Positions 1 through 12,300 of a DNA stretch of 64,000 nt are shown here, piece by piece. The stretch is taken from assembly GCA_964016885.1 (NCBI GenBank), contig OZ024753.1, forward strand, positions 25,420,001 to 25,484,000, given 5' to 3'. The position numbers and the translations under genes were made by a program. Below the pieces are notes generated by a model that was not told where the DNA came from, did not search any database, and saw only the letters and a list, made by a program, of their open reading frames with translations. The stretch is from Eledone cirrhosa (lineage: Eukaryota). Positions within the stretch are counted from its first letter, which is position 1. The number at the start of each line of letters is the position of its first letter.

Positions 1-730
1 ACGGCCATTTCCAACCTCCACTTTGTTGTTGGTATTGACCAGTTAGGAGGCAGAACTCTAGGAGCTCACCACCAGATTGGATCATACAATATGGAGATCA
101 GTTCAGAACAGAGCAAGATTCCTGTTAATAGTCATAACCAGAATACATCAACCATTATTATACTGAAGGAAGGTTTGATGAAGTGGACACCTTCAAGTAC
201 CTAGGATCGATTCTGACCAGAAACGGCAGAGCTTATAAGGAGGTAATGACAAGACTTGGCCTGGCCTCTTCTGCTCGACAATTATGTAAACAATGTAGAC
301 AAACAACTCCATCAGTTTTCTGGTAATTATACAAGTCCCTGGTGACTTCGATCCTAGTATGGGTGTGAGAATTGGAGTCTTACAGTTGATATGGAATAAA
401 GAATCCAGGTATTCGAGCACAACTGCTTCAGAAGACTGCTACATATCCTGCACATGGGACACAAAACAGCTTTGTCAAGCAGCAAGTAAACAAATACATT
501 GGTAGAAAGTAAATACTTCTTGCAATGGTGAAAGGATGGAAAATCGCTTGGTATGGCCATGTATCCTGTCATGACTCCCTGTCTAATACAATCCTTCAGG
601 GCACAGTTGAGAGAGGGTGAGGAAGAAGCAAATAGAGATCAGGGACCAGTGGCGACAGCTGACTACGAAAGCATCCAGTGTGTCACCCCAATGACTGGCT
701 GTACCAGGAACTTAATCTATTGATTTGATA
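1..730 (+). mobile_element. Decayed RTE-clade non-LTR retrotransposon (LINE), 3' part: reverse transcriptase C-terminus plus 3' end, cut by the window edge
   Basis: Manual + strand translation across frameshifts and stops gives ISNLHFVVGIDQLGG (decayed ISNLRFADDIDL motif), YNMEISSEQSKIPVNS, EVDTFKYLGSILTRNGRAYKEVMTRLGLASSA, LYKSLVTSIL/YGCENWSLTVDME*RIQVFEHNCFRRLLHI and AWYGHVSCHDSLSNTILQGTVERG. These are in the canonical order of RTE ORF C-terminal motifs (FKYLG, YGCE.W, W.GHV). It ends in a short TGA(T)-type tail followed by a microsatellite. Confidence 0.9.
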
Positions 731-739
731 GATATACAT

Positions 740-772
<33 letters not shown>
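740..772. repeat. Compound (CA)n(TA)n microsatellite
   Basis: Directly visible just after the LINE tail. Confidence 0.95.
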
Positions 773-1540
773 CAAAGACGAATTAGAATACAAACAAAGT
801 GTCCTTCAAAGCAGTCATGTCAGAATTCAAATTCAAGACTAAATGCTGTAGAGTATTTAATACAGCAGCACTAAATCGATAGTGCATTGCATGTTTCTGT
901 GATAAATTATATTCGACGTAGAAATAAAATTAATTTTTTAGTCTAAAGGGAGGTAACTGTTAACAAGGGAGAGGGTTATTATTTCCCTTTATTCCAAATA
1001 TCAATATATATATATATATATATTTATTTTCCTTTTTCGTTTTTAATGAAGGTGAATGTTATTTTAAATCCATCGACAGTATAGTGTAAGATAAGAAAAC
1101 ACCTGACTGTGTTTGATTTCTAACTGTAAATTCAGGGTTAAAACCACTCGAGGTTGAATTTGATGTTTACTTTTTTCGGATTGCTTGAAATATTTTTAGG
1201 GAAAAACCACCGGTATTCCCTGTTGTAACTGAAGGACGTCAATTCCTTTTTGCTATTTTACTTCTTTTTGTCCAATTGATTTTGTCAAGAATCTACTGTA
1301 AATAAGTGTTTTATTTCCCCCATGCTAATAAAATAAGCACTTGTAACAAAACTGGAAACCTTTCTAAACAAAATTTGGTTTTCATGTTGAATGATGTTAT
1401 TAAGGATACCAGCCTTTGATTAATGAAAAAAATATTCATTTTCCATATAAGTGCATTATTGGCTTCAAGGGAAATAGATTTCGGAAGTGTAATTGTTGAA
1501 GTCAAAACAATATTCCATAACTGTGATAGTGAGAGATTAG

Positions 1541-3185
1541 CAGTATAGGGAGTAGTACACCTATATAACAGATATTACCTACTTGTGACAGTATAGGTAA
1601 TAGTACACCTATATAACAGATATTAACTACTAGTGACAGTATAGGTAGTAGTACACCCATATAACAGATTACTTACTAGTGACAGTATAGGTGATAGTAC
1701 ACCTATATAACAGCTATTACCTACTAGTGACAGTATAGGTAGTAGTACACCTATATAACAGCTATTACCTACTTGTGACAGTATAGGTAGTAGTACACCT
1801 ATATAGCAGAGATTAACTACTTGTGACAGTATAGGTAGTAGTACACCTATATAACAGATTACCTACTAGTGACAGTATAGGTAGTAGTACACCCTTATAA
1901 CAGAGATTACTTACTAGTGACAGTATAGGTAGTAGTACACCTATATAACAGCTATTACCTACTAGTGACAGTATAGGTAGTGGTACAACTATATAACAGA
2001 TATTACCTACTAGTGACAGTATAGGTAGTAGTACACCTATAAAACAGCTATTACCTACTAGTGACAGTATAGGTAGTAGTACACCTATATAACAGATATT
2101 ACCTACTTGTGACAGTATAGGTAGTAGTACACCTCTATAACAGATATTACCTACTACTGACAGTATAGGTAGTAGTACACCTATATAACAGATGACCTAC
2201 TAGTGACAGTATAGGTAGTAGTACACCTATATAAGAGCTATTACCTACTTGTTACAGTATAGGTAGTAGTACACCCATATAACAGATTACTTACTAGTGA
2301 CAGTATAGGTAATAGTACACCTATATAACAGCTACTACCTACTAGTGACACTATAGGTAGTAGTAACCTATATAACAGCTATTACCTACTAATGACAGTA
2401 TAGGTAGTAGTACACCTATATAACACAGATTACCTACTAGTGACAGTATAGGTAGTAGTACACCTATATAACAGATATTACTTACTCATGACAGTATAGG
2501 TAGTAGTACACCTATATAACAGCTATTACCTACTTGTGACAGTATAGGTAGTAGTACACCTATATAACAGATTACCTACTTGTGACAGTATAGGTAGTAG
2601 TACACCCATAAAACAGCTATTACCTACTAGTGACAGAATAGGTAGTAGTACACCTATATAACACAGATTACCTACTTGTGACAGTATAGGTAGTAGTACA
2701 CCTATATAACAGCTATTACCTACTAGTGACAGTACAGGTAGTAGTACACCTATATAACAGATATTACCTACTAGTGACAGTATAGGTAGTAGTACACCTA
2801 TATAACAGATATTACCTACGTGTGACGATATAGGTAGTAGTACACCTATATAACAGATATTACCTACTAGTGACAGTATATTTAGTAGTACACCTATATA
2901 ACAGATGACCTACTAGTGACAGTATAGGTAGTAGTACACCTATATAACAGATATTACCTACTAGTGACAGTATAGGTAGTAGTACACCTATATAACAGAT
3001 ATTACCTACGTGTGACGATATAGGTAGTAGTACACCTATATAATAGATATTACCTACTAGTGACAGTATATTTAGTAGTACACCTATATAACAGATATTA
3101 CCTACTTGTGACGATATAGGTAGTAGTACACCTATATAACAGATATTACCTACTAGTGACAGTATAGGTAGTAGTACACCTATAT
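1541..3185. repeat. 46-48-bp minisatellite, about 35 copies, consensus GTGACAGTATAGGTAGTAGTACACCTATATAACAGATATTACCTACTA
   Basis: GTGACA recurs at 1585, 1633, 1679 and onward (48- and 46-bp spacing). The 46-bp units lack 2 nt in the CAG(AT)ATTAC segment. Confidence 0.97.
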
Positions 3186-3319
3186 ATCACAGAAGCCAGC
3201 CTTATAGAGTCTGTTTCCAGTAGTTTTGACAGGTGGTCTATTTTTTTCATGTATTTACAGAAAAATAAAGGAATAAAGAAATGAAGAATAGAAGAAAAAT
3301 AAAACCAAAAATGAAAGAC

Positions 3320-6300
3320 GAAATTAAAGAAGGAGAAGAGAAGGAGTGACACACTCCACCCCAGTTTCAGCAGTCAAGAGGAAATTAAAGAAGAAGAGAA
3401 GGAGTGACACACTCCACCCCAGTTTCAGCAGACAAGAAGAAATTAAAGAAGGAGAAGAGAAGGAGTGACACACTCCACCCCAGTTTCAGCAGACAAGAGG
3501 AAATTAAAGAAGAAGAGAAGGAGTGACACACTCCACCCCAGTTTCAGCAGACAAGAAGAAATTAAAGAAGGAGAAGAGAAGGAGTGACACACTCCACCCC
3601 AGTTTCAACAGACAAGAGGAAATTAAAGAAGGAGAAGAGAAGGAGTGACACACTCCACCCCAGTTTCAGCAGACAAGAGGAAATTAAAGAAGGAGAAGAG
3701 AAGGAGTGACACACTCCACCCCAGTTTCAACAGACAAGAGGAAATTAAAGAAGGAAAAGAGAAGGAGTGACACACTCCACCCAAGTTTCAGCAGACAAGA
3801 AGAAATTAAAGAAGGAGAAGAGAAGGAGTGACACACTCCACCCCAGTTTCAACAGACAAGAGGAAATTAAAGAAGGAGAAGAGAAGGAGTGACACACTCC
3901 ACCCCAGTTTCAACAGACAAGAGGAAATTAAAGAAGGAGAAGAGAAGGAGTGACACACTCCACCCCAGTTTCAACAGACAAGAGGAAATTAAAGAAGGAA
4001 AAGAGAAGGAGTGACACACTCCACCCAAGTTTCAGCAGACAAGAAGAAATTAAAGAAGGAGAAGAGAAGGAGTGACACACTCCACCCCAGTTTCAACAGA
4101 CAAGAAGAAATTAAAGAAGGAGAAGAGAAGGAGTGACACACTCCACCCCAGTTTCAGCAGTCAAGAAGAAATTAAAGAAGAGAAGGAGTGACACACTCCA
4201 CCCCAGTTTTAGCAGTCAAGAAGATATTAAAGAAGGAGAGGAGAAGGAGTGACACACTCCACCCCAGTTTCAACAGACAAGAAGATATTAAAGAAGGAGA
4301 AGAGAAGGAGTGACACACTCCACCCCAGTTTCAACAGACAAGAAGAAATTAAAGAAGAGAAGGAGTGACACACTCCACCCCAGTTTCAGCAGTCAAGAAG
4401 ATATTAAAGAAGGAGAAGAGAAGGAGTGACACACTCCACCCCAGTTTCAACAGACAAGAAGAAATTAAAGAAGGAGAAGAGAAGGAGTGACACACTCCAC
4501 CCCAGTTTCAACAGACAAGAAGAAATTAAAGAAGGAGAAGAGAAGGAGTGACACACTCCACCCCAGTTTCAGCAGTCAAGAAGATATTAAAGAAGGAGAG
4601 GAGAAGGAGTGACACACTCCACCCCAGTTTCAGCAGTCAAGAAGATATTAAAGAAGGAGAGGAGAAGGAGTGACACACTCCACCCCAGTTTCAGCAGTCA
4701 AGAAGAAATTAAAGAAGGAGAAGAGAAGGAGTGACACACTCCACCCCAGTTTCAGCAGACAAGAGGAAATTAAAGAAGAGAAGGAGTGACACACTCCACC
4801 CCAGTTTCAGCAGACAAGAAGAAATTAAAGAAGAGAAGGAGTGACACACTCCACCCCAGTTTCAGCAGTCAAGAAGATATTAAAGAAGGAGAGGAGAAGG
4901 AGTGACACACTCCACCCCAGTTTCAGCAGTCAAGAAGATATTAAAGAAGGAGAAGAGAAGGAGTGACACACTCCACCCCAGTTTCAGCAGTCAAGAAGAA
5001 ATTAAAGAAGGAGAAGAGAAGGAGTGACACACTCCACCCCAGTTTCAGCAGTCAAGAAGAAATTAAAGAAGGAGAAGAGAAGGAGTGACACACTCCACCC
5101 CAGTTTCAGCAGACAAGAGGAAATTAAAGAAGAGAAGGAGTGACACACTCCACCCCAGTTTCAGCAGACAAGAAGAAATTAAAGAAGAGAAGGAGTGACA
5201 CACTCCACCCCAGTTTCAGCAGACAAGAAGAAATTAAAGAAGAGAAGGAGTGACACACTCCACCCCAGTTTCAGCAGTCAAGAAGATATTAAAGAAGGAG
5301 AGGAGAAGGAGTGACACACTCCACCCCAGTTTCAGCAGTCAAGAAAAAATTAAAGAAGAAGAAGAGAAGGAGTGACACACTCCACCCCAGTTTCAGCAGA
5401 CAAGAAGAAATTAAAGAAGAGAAGGAGTGACACACTCCACCCCAGTTTCAGCAGTCAAGAAGATATTAAAGAAGGAGAGGAGAAGGAGTGACACACTCCA
5501 CCCCAGTTTCAGCAGTCAAGAAGAAATTAAAGAAGGAGAAGAGAAGGAGTGACACACTCCACCCCAGTTTCAGCAGACAAGAAGAAATTAAAGAAGGAAA
5601 AGAGAAGGAGTGACAAACTCCACCCCAGTTTCAGCAGTCAAGAAGAAATTAAAGAAGGAGAAGAGAAGGAGTGACACACTCCACCCCAGTTTCAGCAGTC
5701 AAGAAGAAATTAAAGAAGAAGAAGAGAAGGAGTGACACACTCCACCCCAGTTTCAGCAGACAAGAAGAAATTAAAGAAGAGAAGGAGTGACACACTCCAC
5801 CCCAGTTTCAGCAGTCAAGAAGATATTAAAGAAGGAGAAGAGAAGGAGTGACACACTCCACCCCAGTTTCAGCAGACAAGAAGAAATTAAAGAAGGAAAA
5901 GAGAAGGAGTGACAAACTCCACCCAAGTTTCAACAGACAAGAAGAAATTAAAGAAGGAAAAGAGAAGGAGTGACACACTACGCCCCAGTTTCAGCAGTCA
6001 AGGAGAAATTAAAGAAGGAAAAGAGAAGGAGTGACACACTCCACCCCAATTTCAGCAGTCAAGAAAAAATTAAAGAAGGAGAACAGAAGGAGTGACACAC
6101 TCCACCCCAGTTTCAACAGACAAGAAGATATTAAAGAAGGAGAAGAGAAGGAGTGACACACTCCACCCCAGTTTCAACAGACAAGAAGAAATTAAAGAAG
6201 GAAAAGAGAAGGAGTGACACACTCCGCCCCAGTTTCAGCAGTCAAGGAGAAATTAAAGAAGGAAAAGAGAAGGAGTGACACACTCCACCCCAATTTCAGC

Positions 6301-9300
6301 AGTCAAGAAGAAATTAAAGAAGGAGAAGAGAAGGAGTGACACACTCCACCCCAGTTTCAACAGACAAGAAGATATTAAAGAAGGAGAAGAGAAGGAGTGA
6401 CACACTCCACCCCAGTTTCAACAGACAAGAAGATATTAAAGAAGGAGAAGAGAAGGAGTGACACACTCCACCCCAGTTTCAACAGACAAGAAGATATTAA
6501 AGAAGGAGAAGAGAAGGAGTGACACACTCCACCCCAGTTTCAGCAGTCAAGGAGAAATTAAAGAAGGAGAAGAGAAGGAGTGACACACTCCACCCGAGTT
6601 TCAACAGACAAGAAGAAATTAAAGAAGGAGAAGAGAAGGAGTGACACACTCCACCCCAGTTTCAGCAGTCAAGAAGAAATTAAAGAAGGAGAAGAGAAGG
6701 AGTGACACACTCCACCCCAGTTTCAACAGACAAGAAGATATTAAAGAAGGAAAAGTGAAGGAGTGACACGCTGCACCCCAGTTCCAGCAGTCAAGAAGAA
6801 ATTAAAGAAGTAAAAGAGAAGGAGTGACACGCTGGACCCCAGTTCCAGCAGTCAAGAAGAAATTAAAGAAGTAAAAGTGAAGGAGTGACACGCTGCACCC
6901 CAGTTCCAGCAGTCAAGAAGAAATTAAAGAAGGAGAAGAGAAGGAGTGACACACTCCACCCCATTTTCAACAGTCAAGAAGATATTAAAGAAGGAAAAGA
7001 GAAGGAGTGACACACTCCACCCCAGTTTCAGCAGAGAAAGAAGAAATTAAAGAAGAAGAGAAGGAGTGACACACTCCACCCCAGTTTCAGCAGAGAAAGA
7101 AGAAATTAAAGAAGAAGAGAAGGAGTGACACACTCCACCCCAGTTTCAGCAGACAAAAAGATATTAAAGAAGGAGAGGAGAAGGAGTGACACACTCCACC
7201 CCAGTTTCAGCAGTCAAGAAGAAATTAAAGAAGTAAAAGTGAAGGAGTGACACACTCCACCCCAGTTCCAGCAGTCAAGAAGAAATTAAAGAAGTAAAAG
7301 TGAAGGAGTGACACGCTGCACCCCAGTTCCAGCAGTCAAGAAGAAATTAAAGAAGGAGAAGAGAAGGAGTGACACACTCCACCCCAGTTTCAGCAGTCAA
7401 GAAGAAATTAAAGAAGGAGAAGAGAAGGAGTGACACACTCCACCCCATTTTCAGCAGACAAGAAGATATTAAAGAAGGAGAAGAGAAGGAGTGACACACT
7501 CCACCCCAGTTTCAGCAGACAAGAAGATATTAAAGAAGGAGAAGAGAAGGAGTGACACACTCCACCCCAGTTTCAGCAGTCAAGAAGAAATTAAAGAAGG
7601 AAAAGAGAAGGAGTGACACACTCCACGCCAGTTTCAGCAGTCAAGAAGAAATTAAAGAAGGAGAACAGAAGGAGTGACACACTCCACCCCAGTTTCAGCA
7701 GACAAGAAGAAATTAAAGAAGGAGAAGAGGAGTGACACACTCCACCCCAGGTTTAGCAGTCAAGAAGAAATTAAAGAAGGAGAGGAAAAGGAATGACACA
7801 CTCCTCCCCACTTTCAGCAGACAAGAGGAAATTAAAGAAGGAGAAGAGAAGGAGTGACACACTCCACCCCAGTTTCAGCAGACAAGAAGAAATTAAAGCA
7901 GGAGAAGAGAAGGAGTGACACACTCCTCCCCAGTTTCAGCAGACAAGAGGAAATTAAAGAAGGAGAAGAGAAGGAGTGACACACTCCATCCCAGTTTCAG
8001 CAGACAAGAAGAAATTAAAGCAGGAGAAGAGAAGGAGTGACACACTCCATCCCAGTTTCAACAGACAAAAAGATATTAAAGAAGGAGAAGAGAAGGGGTG
8101 ACACACTCCTCCCCAGTTTCAGCAGACAAGAAGAAATTAAAGAAGGAGAAGAGAAGGAGTGACACACTCCACCCCAGTTTCAGCAGACAAGAAGAAATTA
8201 AAGCAGGAGAAGAGAAGGAGTGACACACTCCTCCCCAGTTTCAGCAGACAAGAGGAAATTAAAGAAGGAGAAGAGAAGGAGTGACACACTCCATCCCAGT
8301 TTCAGCAGACAAGAAGAAATTAAAGCAGGAGAAGAGAAGGAGTGACACACTCCACCCCAGTTTCAACAGACAAAAAGATATTAAAGAAGGAGAAGAGAAG
8401 GGGTGACACACTCCTCCCCAGTTTCAACAGACAAGAAGAAATTAAAGAAGGAAAAGAGAAGGAGTGACACACTCCACCCCAGTTTCAGCAGTCAAAAGAA
8501 ATTAAAGAAGGAGAAGAGAAGGAGTGACACACTCCACCCCAGTTTCAGCAGACAAGAAGAAATTAAAGAAGGAAAAGAGAAGGAGTGACACACTCCACCC
8601 CAGTTTCAGCAGACAAGAAGAAATTAAAGAAGGAAAAGAGAAGGAGTGACACACTCCACCCCAGTTTCAGCAGTCAAAAGAAATTAAAGAAGGAGAAGAG
8701 AAGGAGTGACACACTCCACCCCAGTTTCAGCAGACAAGAAGAAATTAAAGAAGGAAAAGAGAAGGAGTGACACACTCCACCCCAGTTTCAGCAGTCAAAA
8801 GAAATTAAAGAAGGAGAAGAGAAGGAGTGACACACTCCACCCCAGTTTCAGCAGACAAGAAGAAATTAAAGAAGGAAAAGAGAAGGAGTGACACACTCCA
8901 CCCCAGTTTCAGCATTCAAGAAGATATTAAATAAGGAGAGGAGAAGGAGTGACACACTCCACCCCAGTTTCAGCAGTCAAGAAGAAATTAAAGAAGGAGA
9001 AGAGAAGGAGTGACACACTCCACCCCAGTTTCAGCATTCAAGAAGATATTAAATAAGGAGAGGAGAAGGAGTGACACACTCCACCCCAGTTTCAGCAGTC
9101 AAAAGAAATTAAAGAAGGAGAAGAGAAGGAGTGACACACTCCACCCCAGTTTCAGCAGTCAAGAAGAAATTAAAGAAGGAGAAGAGAAGGAGTGACACAC
9201 TCCACCCCAGTTTCAGCAGACAAGAAGAAATTAAAGAAGGAAAAGAGAAGGAGTGACACACTCCTCCCCAGTTTCAGCAGACAAGAGGAAATTAAAGAAG

Positions 9301-12300
9301 GAGAAGAGAAGGAGTGACACACTCCACCCCAGTTTCAGCAGACAAGAGGAAATTAAAGAAGGAGAAGAGAAGGAGTGACACACTCCACCCCAGTTTCAGC
9401 AGACAAGAGGAAATTAAAGAAGGAGAAGAGAAGGAGTGACACACTCCACCCCAGTTTCAGCAGTCAAAAGAAATTAAAGAAGGAGAAGAGAAGGAGTGAC
9501 ACACTCCACCCCAGTTTCAGCAGACAAGAAGAAATTAAAGAAGGAGAAGAGAAGGAGTGACACACTCCTCCCCAGTTTCAGCAGACAAGAGGAAATTAAA
9601 GAAGGAGAAGAGAAGGAGTGACACACTCCACCCCAGTTTCAGCAGTCAAAAGAAATTAAAGAAGGAGAAGAGAAGGAGTGACACACTCCTCCCCAGTTTC
9701 AGCAGACAAGAGGAAATTAAAGAAGGAGAAGAGAAGGAGTGACACACTCCACCCCAGTTTCAGCAGACAAGAAGAAATTAAAGAAGGAGAAGAGGAGTGA
9801 CACACTCCGCCCCAGTTTCAGCAGACAAGAGGAAATTAAAGTAGGAAAAGAGAAGGAGTGACACACTCCTCCCCAGTTTCAGCAGACAAGAGGAAATTAA
9901 AGAAGGAGAAGAGAAGGAGTGACACACTCCACCCCAGTTTCAACAGACAAGAAGAAATTAAAGAAGGAAAAGAGAAGGAGTGACACACTCCTCCCCAGTT
10001 TCAGCAGACAAGAGGAAATTAAAGAAGGAGAAGAGAAGGAGTGACACACTCCACCCCAGTTTCAGCAGACAAGAAGATATTAAAGAAGGAGAAGAGAAGG
10101 AGTGACACACTCCACCCCAGTTTCAACAGACAAGAAGATATTAAAGAAGGAGAAGAGAAGGAGTGACACACTCCACCCCAGTTTCAACAGACAAGAAGAT
10201 ATTAAAGAAGGAGTAGAGAAGGAGTGACACACTCCACCCCAGTTTCAACAGACAAGAAGATATTAAAGAAGGAGAAGAGAAGGAGTGACACACTCCACCC
10301 CAGTTTCAACAGACAAGAAGATATTAAAGAAGGAGAAGAGAAGGAGTGACACACTCCACCCCAGTTTCAGCAGACAAGAAGAAATTAAAGAAGGAAAAGA
10401 GAAGGAGTGACACACTCCGCCCCAGTTTCAGCAGTCAAGGAGAAATTAAAGAAGGAAAAGAGAAGGAGTGACACACTCCACCCCAATTTCAGCAGTGAAG
10501 AAGAAATTAAAGAAGGAGAAGAGAAGGAGTGACACACTGCACCCCAGTTTCAACAGACAAGAAGATATTAAAGAAGGAGAAGAGAAGGAGTGACACACTC
10601 CACCCCAGTTTCAACAGACAAGAAGATATTAAAGAAGGAGAAGAGAAGGAGTGACACACTCCACCCCAGTTTCAACAGACAAGAAGATATTAAAGAAGGA
10701 GAAGAGAAGGAGTGACACACTCCACCCCAGTTTCAACAGACAAGAAGAAATTAAAGAAGGAGAAGAGAAGGAGTGACACACTCCACCCCAGTTTCAGCAG
10801 TCAAGAAGAAGTTAAAGAAGGAGAAGAGAAGGAGTGACACACTCAACCCCAGTTTCAACAGACAAGAAGAAATTAAAGAAGGAAAAGAGAAGGAGTGACA
10901 CACTCCGCCCCAGTTTCAGCAGTCAAGGAGAAATTAAAGAAGGAAAAGAGAAGGAGTGACACACTCCACCCCAATTTCAGCAGTGAAGAAGAAATTAAAG
11001 AAGGAGAAGAGAAGGAGTGACACACTGCACCCCAGTTTCAACAGACAAGAAGATATTAAAGAAGGAGAAGAGAAGGAGTGACACACTCCACCCCAGTTTC
11101 AACAGACAAGAAGATATTAAAGAAGGAGAAGAGAAGGAGTGACACACTCCACCCCAGTTTCAACAGACAAGAAGATATTAAAGAAGGAGAAGAGAAGGAG
11201 TGACACACTCCACCCGAGTTTCAACAGACAAGAAGAAATTAAAGAAGGAGAAGAGAAGGAGTGACACACTCCACCCCAGTTTCAGCAGTCAAGAAGAAGT
11301 TAAAGAAGGAGAAGAGAAGGAGTGACACACTCAACCCCAGTTTCAACAGACAAGAAGATATTAAAGAAGGAAAAGAGAAGGAGTGACACGCTGCACCCCA
11401 GTTCCAGCAGTCAAGAAGAAATTAAAGAAGGAAAAGAGAAGGAGTGACACGCTGCACCCCAGTTTCAGCAGTCAAGAAGAAATTAAAGAAGGAGAAGAGA
11501 AGGAGTGACACACTCCACCCCATTTTCAACAGTCAAGACGATATTAAAGAAGGAAAAGAGAAGGAGTGACACACTCCACCCCAGTTTCAGCAGAGAAAGA
11601 AGAAATTAAAGAAGAAGAGAAGGAGTGACACACTCCACCCCAGTTTCAGCAGAGAAAGAAGAAATTAAAGAAGAAGAGAAGGAGTGACACACTCCACCCC
11701 AGTTTCAACAGACAAGAAGATATTAAAGAAGGAGAAGAGAAGGAGTGACACACTCCACCCCAGTTTCAGCAGACAAGAAGATTTTAAAGAAGGAGAAGAG
11801 AAGGAGTGACACACTCCACCCCAGTTTCAGCAGTCAAGAAGAAATTAAAGAAGGAGAAGAGAAGGAGTGACACGCTGCACCCCAGTTTCAGCAGACAAGA
11901 AGAAATTAAAGAAGGAGAGGAGAAGGAGTGACACACTCCACCCCAGTTTCAGCAGAGAAAGAAGAAATTAAAGAAGAAGAGAAGGAGTGACACACTCCAC
12001 CCGAGTTTCAGCAGTCAAGAAGATATTAAAGAAGGAGAAGAGAAGGAGTGACACACTCCACCCCAGTTTCAGCAGTCAAGAAGAAATTAAAGAAGGAGAA
12101 GAGAAGGAGTGACACGCTGCACCCCAGTTTCAGCAGACAAGAAGAAATTAAAGAAGGAGAGGAGAAGGAGTGACACACTCCACCCCAGTTTCAGCAGTCA
12201 AGAAGAAATTAAAGAAGGAGAAGAGAAGGAGTGACACGCTGCACCCCAGTTTCAGCAGACAAGAAGAAATTAAAGAAGGAGAGGAGAAGGAGTGACACAC

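Noticed and set aside
193-572. Minus-strand ORFs of 72-75 aa
   Set aside because: They are antisense shadows of the decayed RTE reverse transcriptase.
1080-1200. Possible highly decayed copy of the 58854 SINE (…CGAGGTTGAATTTG…TTTTCGG)
   Set aside because: Only short scattered matches, which cannot be distinguished from chance by eye.
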